NCBI GenBank assembly: GCA_976551045.1
Contig: CDPCPM010000026.1
Span: 20,522,001 to 20,586,000 of the forward strand
DNA length: 64,000 nt
Source: Glaucostegus cemiculus
Taxonomy: Eukaryota
Reading direction: 5' to 3'
The translations under genes and the position numbers were made by a program. Shown piece by piece: positions 1 through 13,917 of the stretch. The notes beneath the pieces were generated by a model that was not told where the DNA came from, made no database searches, and saw nothing but the letters and a program-made list of their open reading frames with translations. Each line of letters opens with the position of its first letter. Position 1 is the first letter of the stretch.

Positions 1-719
1 CTTTTTATGCTCTTCCCTCAGCAAAAATATCAGTGTCCAATAACAGGCTCCCTGCAACAAAAATGTTAAGTTGCAGGTTACTATGAATGTTACCTTCCAC
101 TTGTCTTCACTCCCTTCTATGTTGAACTAAACTAAGATTGCTTCTTAAATACCTTATCCAATAAGGAGTACACTTTGATTGTAATGATTCCATTTGGTGC
201 CATCCCTAACTAGCTTAATCAATCCTTTGATTCTTCAAGTACATTACTGATCCCCTTAATGGTTGTTATTCTCAGCCATTTGTCTCCAGATTAACATTTC
301 TCATTAATTGCCTTACTTTACAAATTTATGCCTTGTAAGGTTTTTCTTTTGCAAGTTATATATGAGGGAATTGCTTGGATGATCATCTGGTGGAACAACT
401 ATGTTCGGTGAAAGGCAGGGATCTCTTTTTTTCTGGGACTGTGATTGATATAGCTTTATCTAGTTGTCAACAATTCAAAAGGCTGAGGCATTATGTTTGT
501 ATCAATGCTTTATCAATTTGCAAACAGTTTAACAAGTTTACCCATCATCTCTTTCCTCTGCATTTTATGAGCTAAGTTATATGAACTCCTAATCAGACAT
601 ACCCTACTGCATGACAAGAATATTTTATCAGCTAAATATTGGGAAGACCAAAGCAGTCCATTCCTTTGCCACTGATTCAAACATTCACCCCACAATTGTC
701 TAAATCTGAATCAAACATT

Positions 720-1000
720 TTAGAACCTAATTGTCATATTTGACCCCAGTGTGAGCTTCTGACTACAAGCACACACCTCTATTTCTACCTCTAAGATATT
801 GCCTTCTTCTATTTAACCCAATTGCTACCAAAACCCTCACTCATGCCTTTATTGCCAGAACCCTCATGGATGCCATCCACCATCTCTATAATCTCATTAA
901 ACCCTACAACTGAGATATCTTCACTCCCTCAATTCTGATTTCTTAAAAATCCATTATTTTAATCAGCCTACCATGGGTTTACATGTCTTCATCTGCCTAA
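720..1000 (+). mobile_element. Decayed L2-like LINE 3' fragment
   Basis: accaaaaccctcactcatgcctttattgccaga reads TKTLTHAFIAR, like L2 ORF2 'ETLIHAFVTSR'. Confidence 0.45.
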
Positions 1001-1124
1001 CCTTATGATATTGTAGCTTTGACTGCTGCATGAGAAAATCTCAGAGGGATTATTGGAACACTTGGGATCATCTTTGCAATTATTCCTCATCAGTACCTGG
1101 AGGCCTTGGTGGAAGCTAGTTTAA

Positions 1125-1325
<201 letters not shown>

Positions 1326-1500
1326 TAAATATTTGTTAATATATAGCTATTTGAATAAACAGACCAGTTGATTGTAAAATCATTGAAATATATGTGTTAA
1401 TATCCACTAAAATTACTGAAATTGTTATAATTTTAGTTAAGGGGGAAAAAAGTATTTGGATATAGTTTTACAGAGAGCAGGTTGATGCATAAATTTGTAA

Positions 1501-1770
<270 letters not shown>

Positions 1771-2347
1771 TAGTTTGGAAATTGTTTTTCATTTTTCTAA
1801 ATCACCAGGGAAAATTACATTAGATGCAATGTGAAATATATTTATTTTTTAATAAATAAATTACATCAACATCAGCATTTTGAATAAATATATTACATTA
1901 AAATCAGCAATATTGATCAGTTTTCCATGCCATGTATAGTTTGCTTCTTATCTGTCATACTTTTCTGTTAATCATTAGATATTCAACTCAGTTTTCTATA
2001 CTATTGTGCAAAGAAAAATATGTTAATTGACAAAGTATGCTAGGAACACCAAATTTGGAAGCAAGCCAACTGTAACCTCTTAAATACCAACTTACCAAAA
2101 CAGTTTGTTACTTAGTAAGATTTTCATAGAATCATGCCTGCTTCATCAACTTGTCATAGCTATCTCCATGGTTATTTTTCCCCCTTTATCAGTGGAACCG
2201 ATTCCCATAAATATAAAGCAGATTTTCAATCCACTGCCACCAAGACCCATCAGTTGTCTGAATTTAAAAGATACACATGTCATTTGCTTCAGTCACTATC
2301 AGATGTTCACAAGAATTCATGTTCATTCACATTTTCTTTGTCATTAG

Positions 2348-2468
2348 GTTGCTGACAGACTGGAGATTCACCCGTGGAGTTGAGGAACAAACCAAAGCTT
2401 TCTTGGATGGTTTCAATGAGGTGGTACCCTTAGAATGGCTGCGGTATTTTGATGAAAAGGAACTAGAG
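2348..2468 (+). CDS. WWP2: WWP2 coding exon ([40 protein letters not shown])
   Basis: cattag acceptor, gag|gtaaaa donor, 121 bp. Confidence 0.95.
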
Positions 2469-2715
2469 GTAAAAGTCTTCTGCCATGCTCAGTTAATCTA
2501 ATGTAAGATCAATGCAGTGGAAACCAATTAATCCCATCTCCGAAACAAATATTTGCTTTTGTAGCTTCTGTAGCAAACAAGGTTTAAAGGCAGCACTTGA
2601 AATCCATAGGACTGATGCTCTTATTTTTTACTCTTGTGTCCTCAGCAACCAATTTGACAGTTTTTAAATTAAATTTTACTTTCTATTTCCTTTATTTCAA
2701 TAGGGTATTATAATT

Positions 2716-3230
2716 CTTAGGAAGGATGTACTTATGTTGGAAAGGGTTCAGAAGTGATTCACGAGAATGATTCCTGGGATGAAAGGGCTTGTGTATGATG
2801 AGCATCTGTTGGCACTTGGGCTGTACTTGCTGGAGTACAGAAGAATGAGAGGGGACCTGATAGAAACATTTAAAATGTTGAAAGGACTGGACAGCATAGA
2901 TGTGGCCAAGCTGTTTCCCTTGGGGAGTCCAGGACCAGAGGGCACAACCTTAGAATTAGAGGGTACAGGTCTAAAACAGAGATGAGGAGAAATTTCTTTA
3001 ACCAGAGGGTGGTGCATTTATGGAATTCCTTGCCACAGAAAGCAGTGGAGGCAAGTTCATTGGAGGTGTTTAAGGAGGAGATAGATAGTTATCTAATTAG
3101 TCAAGGTATCAAGGGATATGGAGATAAGGCTGGAATTTGGAGTTAGAATAAGTCTTTTTTCTTCCCACCCTCCCTTCCCTTTGGAGCAGACTCGATGGGC
3201 CGAATGGCCTACTTCTGCTCCCTTGTCTTG
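2716..3230 (+). mobile_element. 5'-truncated CR1 LINE (ORF2 C-terminus + 3' tail), relatively young
   Basis: LERVQK*FTRMIPGMKGL...RRMRGDLIETFKMLKG and RNFFNQRVVHLWNSLP; tail gatgggccgaatggcctacttctgctcc; flanked by TTATAATT direct repeats. Confidence 0.92.
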
Positions 3231-3679
3231 TTATAATTGAAGATTAAAAGATTCCTTAGATATTTTGATTGCTCTCTGAAGAAGGCGGTGGTTCTGCATC
3301 TACAGATTGTTTTATATTGGGCTGAATCTTCCTGCCTGTGGCTGGGGTTCCTGAAGGGAACCTCTGCTGTAAGCCATACACCAGAAGGAAGTCCTGGTCT
3401 TGCTGCATTGCCTGTCCAGGACTTACAGAGTGACAGTTGCTCCATGTAGAGTCCAACAGTGGAACCCAATCTTGCCACTCAGATCCTATGCTTTGTTAGA
3501 CCCAAGATCTGAAGATTTGAGACCTCAATGATTTCATTGGGGTTTCCAGGTCTGTAGATTAGAAAGAAAGATGTAAATTTTTAAGTATTTTACTTTAATT
3601 TGTTGTTTCTAATTGTGTGCTTTTTTTATAACAGAAAATTAATAACTGTTTTAATTAATGTGAGAAGTTTTCAAATGTC

Positions 3680-4460
3680 TCTGAATAACAACATTGAGGA
3701 ATTGGCTGATAAGGAGCAGTAAAGTTTGCACCACAGAAGTATTAGACAATAACAGCCTGCAACAAGAGACAGTCTAACTACCTATCTGTTACATTCAATA
3801 GTATTATCATTGCCAAGTCCTAGAGCAGCAATATTCATGTGGGTCAACATTGACCAGAAAATGTACTGGATCAACCACACAAATACTGTGACTACAAAAG
3901 CAGATCAGAAGCTTGTTATTCTGAAGCAAGTGACTCATCTCCTGACATCCCAAGGCTTTCCACCATTTGCAAGACAAAGTCGGAAGTGTGATGGAATACT
4001 CTCCACTTGCTTGGATGTGCTCAGTGTCAAGAAAATTCATGAAGCTCAAAACCATCCAGGACAAAGCAGCCCACTTGATTGGCGCCCTATCAACCAACTA
4101 AACATTAATTATGTCCACCACTAATGCACTGTAGTTGCTGCGCATATCACGAAATGTACTGTAGTCACTTGCCCAAGTTACTCTGACACAACCTCCCAAA
4201 CCCTGGATCTCTGCCACCACCAAGAAGGGCAAGGACAGCAGGCACATGTAAAAGACACTACCCGCAGCTCCCTCCAACTCTCACGGCATTCTGATTTGGA
4301 AATATATAGCTGGTCCTTCATTGTTGCTAGCTCTAAATCCAGGAACTTTCAACCCAGTAGAACTGTGGGAAGTACCTCAACTAGAAGGACTGCAGTGTTC
4401 AAGAAAGTGCCTCACCAGCAGGGGAAGTTAGTATGGCCAATAAATGCCAGCAATACCCTG
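3680..4460 (+). mobile_element. Decayed CR1-group LINE 3' portion
   Basis: Degenerate ORF2 C-terminus (VNIDQKMYWINHTNTVTTKADQKL...); same family as 39560-42300. Confidence 0.7.
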
Positions 4461-4539
4461 ATCTGAAAAGGCATTTTTTTAAAAAAAAGGGTAAATTTTA
4501 AATTGACTGGATCTCTCATGACAACCCTGGCCTCGTCAG

Positions 4540-4715
4540 CGATATTCCCTTTATCCTATCCATCCATTTACAACCTCTCTGCAACTTAACATCAGTTTGT
4601 TTCTACTTTCCCAATCCCAGACAAAGGGCCTTTGACCTGGAACGTCAACTCTGTTTCTCTTTCCACAGATGTTACTTCATCTACTGTGTGTTTCCACATT
4701 TTCTATTTTTATTAT
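4540..4715 (+). mobile_element. Penelope-like pLTR fragment with degenerate hammerhead motif
   Basis: cagacaaagggcctttgacctggaacgtcaactctgtttctctttccacagatg; similar to copies at 16340 and 20700. Confidence 0.6.
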
Positions 4716-7146
4716 AAATTAGCTGTTGAGTGAAGAGAATGATTGGTATGAATAATGGGACTGATTATGAGCACTATGTTAATAGAAATACAGTCAGAAG
4801 ATATTCTGTTAAGTGGATATCTAGCCCCCTCATATTTTAAACACCTTAATTAAATGTTCCTTCAACCTCTTCTGTTTTGAAGAAAACAACCGTTGCTTAT
4901 CCAGCCTTTCCTTTTCTTAAATGTTCAAGATGAGTGCCAGAAAATGAATAACATGTTAATAACATTAAGAGTGAATAACCATGGTGAAAAATAATCCTGA
5001 CACAAAGGAATAAGAAGTATGTAGTCTTTGGCATCTGCCCAATGGATCAACATAGTCCAGTTTATATATAGTGTTCTTGATGGAAGGAGTGGAGGGGTGG
5101 AGATGGTCTCTGATACATTACAGGCACTTTTTGTTCTTGAAATTAGCTTCATTCTCTTTGAATGTTGGATGGAGTTTGAAGTATTCTCCCTTGGGTCATT
5201 TATCTCCACCTGGAGTTACAACAGATAAGGCAGCTACACTAACACATGGATAGTATTTGACAATATTTTCTTGCCTTTCATTTTGGATGTTCATCCAGGT
5301 TATGCCACAACTTTCTACATGATGGATGTTGAAAGCTAATAACAGCTACCATAACCTTAGAAAGTCCTAATGTAATACTGGTTAGTTTAAAATATACATG
5401 AAGATTGGCTTCTTTCACCTTCTTCGTTTTCCATTCACCAACTATATAAATTACCTACTGACCTTTCAATTAAGATCTGCATTTGTGTTGTATCATCAGA
5501 TCTTAATTCATTTCAGCTGGCACTCTTTGTTTGGAATAATTGCTAATTCTTTGGAATTCAATGTAGCATTTCCTGCACTATAAATACATGAAGCACAATT
5601 GATATCTTAATCTGTATCTTTAAAAAGCCATAATTTTAAAAATACACCCTAGAAATAACAACATACAAAAGATAAAGGATTTTAGCCTTTTGCTAAATTT
5701 TATTTATTTTTTTCTCCATGGGAATGCTGTGTATAGAAAAAGATGTACTAATTATTATGTGGTGTACTTATATTAAAATGAAAGATATAGCCACTACTAT
5801 ATAAAGGGATTTATACACCAGTTAATTAGGTTTGTTTCATTATTTTGTTGTCACTATTACATTTTCAATCATGTTTGAACAAACATGTTCTGATTAAAAC
5901 TGATGCTTCATTTCTGCAAAGTGTAGAGTTACAGACATATGCTACAGTTTTAAAACCTAATTATTGTACCTAAGAGTAGATACTTTAGGCTGGAATTTTC
6001 TGCAGTGAGGCAATCCAGACATTGTACCTGTTCTATCAGTGCCTATTTATCTGCAAATCTTCTTCAAATCTCATTGATATATTCCATGAAAATCAATAAA
6101 CATTTTAATAATTAGCATGAGCAAATCAGGCCCTGAAAGTGTCATTGAATGCATGCATAATTTCCTTTTTAAGTAGAAATTTGAGGCACCTAACATTCAA
6201 AGGTGCCTAGTTTAGATGACATCTTCCAGCTGGAGAAAAGCTTGGAGGAAGTAGATCAGTTGTCAATGTTCATGCTGTCATGTGTCTACATACAAATACA
6301 GAGGAGATTCAAGCTCACGATCCTCAATAACAGTGCACATCTGAGCTGTGCTTGTTTTGACCATTAATGGCACAAATGGGGCACATCTGTCTGTTTCTTT
6401 CACTGAGGTATTTGAAATGGTTTTTACAAGCAAATGTGGTGATGTGGATGATGTTGTTTTTATTCTTTTCTCTATTTCCTGGTGTCATTGTCCTCATTTT
6501 CAAATATACAATGTGTTCATTTCTTGTAAACTGTAACACTAACACCCCCATTATATTATAGTTCCTTTTTATTTCACATTCCTCAGTTTAGCTTTAATAC
6601 CTTGTTTTATTTCATAGGATTTTTCCTTCATATTATTTGTTCCACCCTGTCATTTTTTGCATTTATAACATAAATCCATTTCCCATCACTTTTACCTTTC
6701 CCACTTACACCAAAATAAGAGGTTTTGTTTACTGTTCTATTGTGTTCCAAACACACTCCATATCCAAGTACTTTTAATGTACTGTCAATACTTCTCAACA
6801 GAACTGTTCTTAACAATATATTATTATTTTAAATGGTTGAACTCTCTTACTATGTTTCTGTTTATTGAAGTTCTGTTCTTTCTTGGTTAACCATTCAACA
6901 TCAACTTCAAAGCAATTACTAACCAGCGATGCTTTTTCCATCTGTTTTGTCATCCACTGTTACCTCTTCTTGCGATTTTAAGCTAGATCAGTGTGTCACA
7001 TTCAAATCACCACTGTCTTGAAATGCCTAATAGTTCATTTTCAATTAAATAGACATGATTTATGTTTCAATTGTCTTAGATTTAATAGTTCTTTGTGTAG
7101 TTGTGCGTAAATAGTATTAAAACATTTGTCATTTCATAGTAAATAA

Positions 7147-7383
<237 letters not shown>

Positions 7384-8804
7384 TGAAAATTCATTTTGTA
7401 GTATAATAGGTCGCTGTTAGAGCAGCTGCTGGCAACATGTTTGTAAAAGTCACTAAAACAAGCTTACCATATCATTACTTGTGTCTGTGCCCTTTGTAAC
7501 TGGTGAATTTAGATATTTGAATTGTTCAACTATTTTGCTTATTTTCCTGGGATGCCAACTCACTTCTCCTGAGCATCTTGCCTCAATGTTCTACACTGAC
7601 TTAACTTCCCTTAGCTGTTTCTTTTCCCCACAGGTAAACTGACCAGTAAGGCACACCTTTTAAAATGCAGCAGCATGTAAATTAAAACAAAGAATACCAG
7701 CAAACTTTGAGAACAGCAGCGTTTCATTCCAAGAGAAGCTAACTGTTTCAAGGGCTACAGCAAAGCTGTAGGAGAGCAGTACAATATTTTGGGATTGTGT
7801 GGTAAATTCAAAATCAACTCAAAAATTAGTTAAAATTTAAAGAGATGTCCCAAAAGGAATATTGTACTGCATGAAACAGAGCAATATGTAATTGTTAAAT
7901 TTAGGAGAAACTAACTGCAAACATAAATGAAGCTTAATTTTTTTGAACCCTTGCACAGAGTAGTTATTTTGTGTATTAACTGGCAAGTCCACTATTTCCC
8001 AGATCACAGAGTTAAACTTAAACAGTCTGTTGTTTGTGTTTTTTAAAGTACAGCCAAACCAAATACTATTCTGAAAGAGAGATAAATGAATAAATTGTTC
8101 TTTATTTTTAATTAAGTCATTCGCCATATATCAGTACATTATCAATAGGTTATGCATTATGAAAATTGTAAATTTGGACATTGTGGATGCCAGTGTGGGG
8201 GGGGGGGGAGTGGGGAGAGTGTTGGTAAATGCAGTTCAGAGTTCCAGAGCAGCTGCTTAGTTATCTCGCACATCTTATGGTAGGATTTGAGTTTGGTGGT
8301 TTCTTATTATGCCGTTGTTCTGCTTTGCCATTTGAACAATGCATTTACTAAAACAGAGTCACAACTCAAATGCTTATTTTTTTTATCCCAAGGGATGACT
8401 CTCTAAAGAGAATATTTCTTTATTTTTCTCTAGAACCTTGATTTTTTGCACTGTAGATATACCTGGTTATTTTCATAACCCCAGGACATTTCTACACTTG
8501 CCAAAGGGTTACCTTCGCAATACCATAATTAAAGAACTGCTGCAACATTTCTAAAGTTGTGAACATAATTCTAACTATACGCCTTTTTAATCCCATTGGT
8601 TGTAACTAAATTAAAATGAAAATCATAAGTTATAAATTGAGGAAGGTGGCTGGTTTTTCTTGTACGTATTTTTCTGTTGCTGTTTAGGTACTTGGAACTG
8701 TAGCTGGATACCTATCCTGACTTAAGGCATTGAACCTGATTTTAATCAGATATTAAAGTTCAGTTACTTGAGCACAGATTTGTAATTAGCTTTAAAATTA
8801 AAAA

Positions 8805-8910
8805 AAAACTGCAGATTCTGGAAAATCTGAAATAAAAACAAAATGCTGGAAGAGCTCAGCTGATCAAGCAGCATCAAGCAGCATCTCTCCAGCATTTTCT
8901 GTTTTTATTT
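8805..8910. repeat. Fold-back (inverted) repeat made of Penelope-like terminal sequence
   Basis: aaataaaaacaaaatgctgga (8830-8850) pairs with tccagcattttctgtttttattt (8888-8910). Confidence 0.8.
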
Positions 8911-9071
8911 ATAATTGAGCTTGGTCTGTATGACCTAGGATTACTCCAAGTTAAAATTTCAGTAAGTGGGACTTCAAGAGAGCCCATCATCTGATGAAGA
9001 TAGCAGATCTTTCAAAAACTCTGGTGACTTAAATTGAGATGATAATTGCACTCTTAACTTGCTATGTATAA

Positions 9072-9281
<210 letters not shown>

Positions 9282-9389
9282 TAACAAAATAAAATTATTC
9301 TCAATGGCCCTCAATCAAGATTATAACCTTCTGACTTTTGATCTCAAATTTTCTAAATTAAGACACTTAATACTTTATGTTCATTTGAT

Positions 9390-9690
9390 ACCTGATGCTC
9401 CAACAACCTGGGTTTGATTCTGACTTCGGCTGGTGCCTCTGTGGTGTTAGTATACCCTCCAAATGACCACATGGTATTTGCCCAGTCTTGCTAGTTTCCT
9501 CCCACATGCCATGGATGTGCTGCTTGGTGGGTTAACTGGCTACTGCAAACTCAGTGATGCAGATGAATGGTAGGAGAATTGGCAGGGGTGGTGGGGAGTT
9601 AGTTAATGGGCATGCAAGAAGGTATAAGTTACAGAGAAATAAGTGGGAAAATGCATTGACATACACTTGATGGGCTGAATGGTCACTTTC
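9390..9690 (+). mobile_element. V-SINE (HE1-like tRNA-derived SINE)
   Basis: Box B-like gggtttgattc, V-domain-like gtttcctcccacatgcc...gttaactggc, CR1-type tail gatgggctgaatgg. Confidence 0.75.
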
Positions 9691-10064
9691 TAGATTGAAA
9701 GGCAAGGTTAAAAATCACCTCAGATCAGTCAGCTTCACCTTAAAAGTAGCTGCTAAATGGAGCATGGCTAGTTCAAAGGTGTCCTTGTCGATCCCCTCCA
9801 TCGACACACTTTCCCCTACTCACTCTGGAAACTAATTGGGTTTAGCCCCATGCGCAATATTGTGCTTGAGAACAAGGACCTGGCACCATGGGAATTAATG
9901 GGGTTACATTTCATACCAACATTCTATGTGCAACTGATTCCCTGTACTTCCATGTATTAATTTTAAAATTGCAAAAAGGTCTTTGTTTAATATTTTTGAA
10001 GTTTACTTTCCAGTGAATAGTTCAAACTTAATGAGAAACTCGTGACTTTACTTCAGCAAGATTT

Positions 10065-10197
10065 GTTAGATAAGCACATGGAAGAATGTGGAATAGTAGG
10101 ATATGAGGGTGGAAAGAGTTAGTTTGGGAGATGTTTGTAGGATGGCACAGCTTGATGGGCCGAAGGGCCTGTTCTGTGCTGTATTGTTCTATGTTCT
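10065..10197 (+). mobile_element. Short CR1 3' end insertion with AAGATTT direct repeats
   Basis: Tail gatgggccgaagggcctgttctgtgctgtattgttctatgttct; AAGATTT at 10058-10064 and 10198-10204. Confidence 0.8.
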
Positions 10198-10275
10198 AAG
10201 ATTTAGTCAGGAATTGAGCAAAATGAATGTATCATTGATAATCAGATATTGAAATATATTGAGATAATTATATGA

Positions 10276-10377
<102 letters not shown>

Positions 10378-12849
10378 TAAGTAACATTGAAAAGATATTG
10401 AACAATATTTTTATGGATGAAAAGATTCTTTGAAGATGAACGTTCCAAAATACTTTCAGTTTACAGCTTATTTGGTCAACTGGATAACTGTGTCAATTTT
10501 ATCCATCAATGAACTGTGTGTGGAGGTGTTAATGTATGACACCATGACTGCCTTGGAAACATCACCACTGACCAAGTGACTAGCAGGGTCCTGAAGAACA
10601 GAAATGCCAAAATGGGTCTGTGTCAATTAGTGAGTTGACTAACAAGAGAGATAAACATACTTGGCCTCATCCTCATCAGTCTACCCGTGGCAGATCCATC
10701 TGCCTCAATCAGAGTGGTAGGAGTGACGACTGCACAGTCCTTGTGGAGAGAAAACCGAGGTCTCTCTCCAACATATTGTACAGTACCATAGTCATGTTCA
10801 CTAGGATAGACCTAGATCTCACAGCTCAAATATGGGCAACCATGAGGTATCTGACCCATTAGTAGCAACAGCAGACATGTACACCACCTGCAATCTATAA
10901 CCGCATGCCACAAGATCAATGCTGGTTCAGTGACAAATGCAGAATGGCAGATATCAGCCTACTTAAAGAACACAGGATCTCTAATCTGTTATAGCGCAGC
11001 AACAGAAAACATTCAGTGGATTGGAGACACAGTGTTGAAAAAAAACCTCTGTGGCATTAATTGTGCTTTAAATTACAATATTATAGAACATCATAAATCT
11101 TGACACTTGATATAATTTTAAGGGTCAACCACTGATTTGAAATCAATGGCTGTAGTAAAAAAGTCAGCAAGGTGTGTTTTAAGGTGAAAGGTAGAGAGAC
11201 AAAGGAGGGTTTTGGGAAGAGCATAGGGTCTAGATGGCTGGCTGGAAATGGTTTGATGAAGGGAGTGGAGGATGGACAGGATGCCAGAATTGGAGGAATG
11301 CTTTCGTCTTGGGGGTTTTAGAACTGGTGCAAAGGAATTGAGGACCCATTTAGGTCAGTGAGCTGATATATGAAGGCTAAATGGAATTTGGTACAAATAG
11401 CAATAGGAGAGACATAGTTTTGGATGAGTTAAAATTTACAGAAAGTTGAGAATGGCAAACTGACTGGTAAAGCATTGAAGTAGTCATGTCTGGAGGCAAG
11501 TGATACAAATAAGGGATTCAGTAAGTGGTAGCCAATGTTAAGAAATGGAAGTAGATTGTTCTCATGATGGAAAAGAAATGGAATGGAAAGCACAAGTTAG
11601 CATAACTAGGCTGCAAACAGTCTGAGTGGCAATGATAATTTCCACTTTGTAGCTCAGGAACTCCAAAGGGCAATTTTAACACTTTCATTTCTTGCCTAGT
11701 TAAGAGAAACTTATTCAACGTAGAGCATGGACTAAAACAAAATATTCTAGTCATTAAAAATGGAGCTGACCGTGAGTTCCATTGTTTTAGAATATTTATA
11801 GATTCCATAGATTGTACAAGAATATAGGTTCTGTTATTTCAGACCAAGTTTATCCAAGTTTAACACACTCATACATGCATTCGATTTTTTTTCGATGTAC
11901 AGCTGATCCTTGAAGGGCAATGGAATCAACATCTTAGAATATTTTTAAGACAAATGTAGGTAAATCATTGATAAGCAATGGAGTGAAAGGTTATTAGGGT
12001 AGAGAGGAATGCAGATTTGAGATTACATTCAGATCAACCAGATGAGGCTTGAAGGGCTAAGTAGCCTTTTCCTGCTCCTGATTTACATATGTTTGAATGC
12101 CTTAACACCTCTACCATCACAAAGAATGGAAAGCTTTTACAGTGATCACTAGCACAATACGTCAGTATAGTAAATCCTGTGTTTGCTCAAAGATGGTTAT
12201 AACTGGTGATTTTAATATTCAGTTTTACAATGTTTCTAAAGATTGAATGCTGGAATCATTTATACTCTCATTGTTCACTGTCCTCCAAATTTCCTTAAAT
12301 GTTTTTACTGGCTTCACTTGAGTAGTGGCTTCACTTGAGTAGTGTTTTACTGGCTTCACCTCAGCTGGACAGTTAGTTCTGAGTTTTCAATTTATTCACT
12401 TTATTGCCAAAAGAACCACAAATGTTAGAGTAATAAAACTGTTAAATGTCAGGAGCAGCTTTATTCCTTTAATGTTAACACCCTCCAACACTTCACACAA
12501 TTTAAAAATTAACAAATAAACACCTTTTCATATAATAATCTGATTCCCATATTACTTTTAACTATTCTTCCTCCAACTTTCCTAAAGTAAGTTGAACAGA
12601 TATCTATTGCAGTTTTTTTTCTTTTTTCCTGGCTACTCCCATTTTGTAGCTGGAAGCAGCTGTCAAAATCTGTGGGATAAAAATTGGCTTCAAAGACTGA
12701 GCTATGTTCAGAATATAAAACTACTTCAATTACAGAACGACTCAGAACTTTGAGTGGCCAAAGTAGCCAAGTTATTAAACTCATCTCTGGGCAATCACAC
12801 AGCTCTAACTCCCACAAAGTCAAATAATCTTTTCTTCTTCCTTTTGTTT

Positions 12850-13230
12850 TATTTATTTATGGATTGCAGCTATTATTAGCAAGCTCAATATTTTCTTTTG
12901 CCCCATCCTTAATTGCTCTTGAACTAATTCATCATGTCAAGGTTTAGTTTGGGAAAACAAACATAGATGTGAGAATGAATTATCCACCATTTCCATATGT
13001 GCCAGATTTCCTTTCCAAAGGGACATTAGTGTACCAGACACCTTTTTTTTGCAACAGCCTGATGGTTTCATGAACACACCTACTGGCACTAGCTTTTATT
13101 TCTGATTTATTTATTTAACTGAATTTAAATTCCTCAGCTGCTGTGGTGGGATTTCAACTCATATCTGTAGATCAGTACTCCAAGCCACCGAGTTACTAGT
13201 CCTGTGGTATAATCACTAAGCTACTGTAAC
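12850..13230 (-). mobile_element. tRNA-derived SINE-like element
   Basis: Minus strand has an A-box-like gtagcttagtga and a B-box-like gagttgaaatccc; related sequence at ~42350-42490. Confidence 0.6.
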
Positions 13231-13523
13231 CCTAATTCGTTATATGCAGACAGCTAGCTCAATCATTATTAATTGCTGTTAACTGATTTTGACTAAAATT
13301 ATCACTTTCCATTTCCTCTTCCTCCTGTCACTGGTTGAATAATGTTAAATTCAAATCAGTAAAATTGTAGCTGAAATGATGAAAACATATATTTTGACAA
13401 ACTACAAATTATTTATAGTTCAGCAAGCATGTTTTATTCTTTACCTGTTCCTATCTCAGTCACGTAATTGACTTAAATATGGAATTGTTTAGAAAAGTAT
13501 TAAAATTATTTAAAAATAATTGA

Positions 13524-13670
<147 letters not shown>

Positions 13671-13917
13671 TAGGTTCTTTCGGATGCAGAGAAAACTTTG
13701 AATAAGGAAACCTCACTGAATATTCAGAAGACCATGGCTAGTTTAGTTTTAGTTTAATTTTGCTTCCACATGTCCCTTTAATTGATCTCCATCATAATGT
13801 TTTTTTAATTTGTTAGCATTCAATAGGTTTAATGAATAATATTGTAATATTGCTCTCATAATTGAAATACAATGTCCTTTCTCTGAATCTATCATAGACT
13901 TATGTTAAATGAGCTGT

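Noticed and set aside
8196-8216. G-run with G-quadruplex potential (also poly-C at 23601-23619)
   Set aside because: Simple homopolymers with no evidence of function.
8990-9030. CTGATGA followed by an AAGAT/ATCTT stem, hammerhead-like
   Set aside because: No GAAA after the stem and no convincing stem I or III; may be chance.
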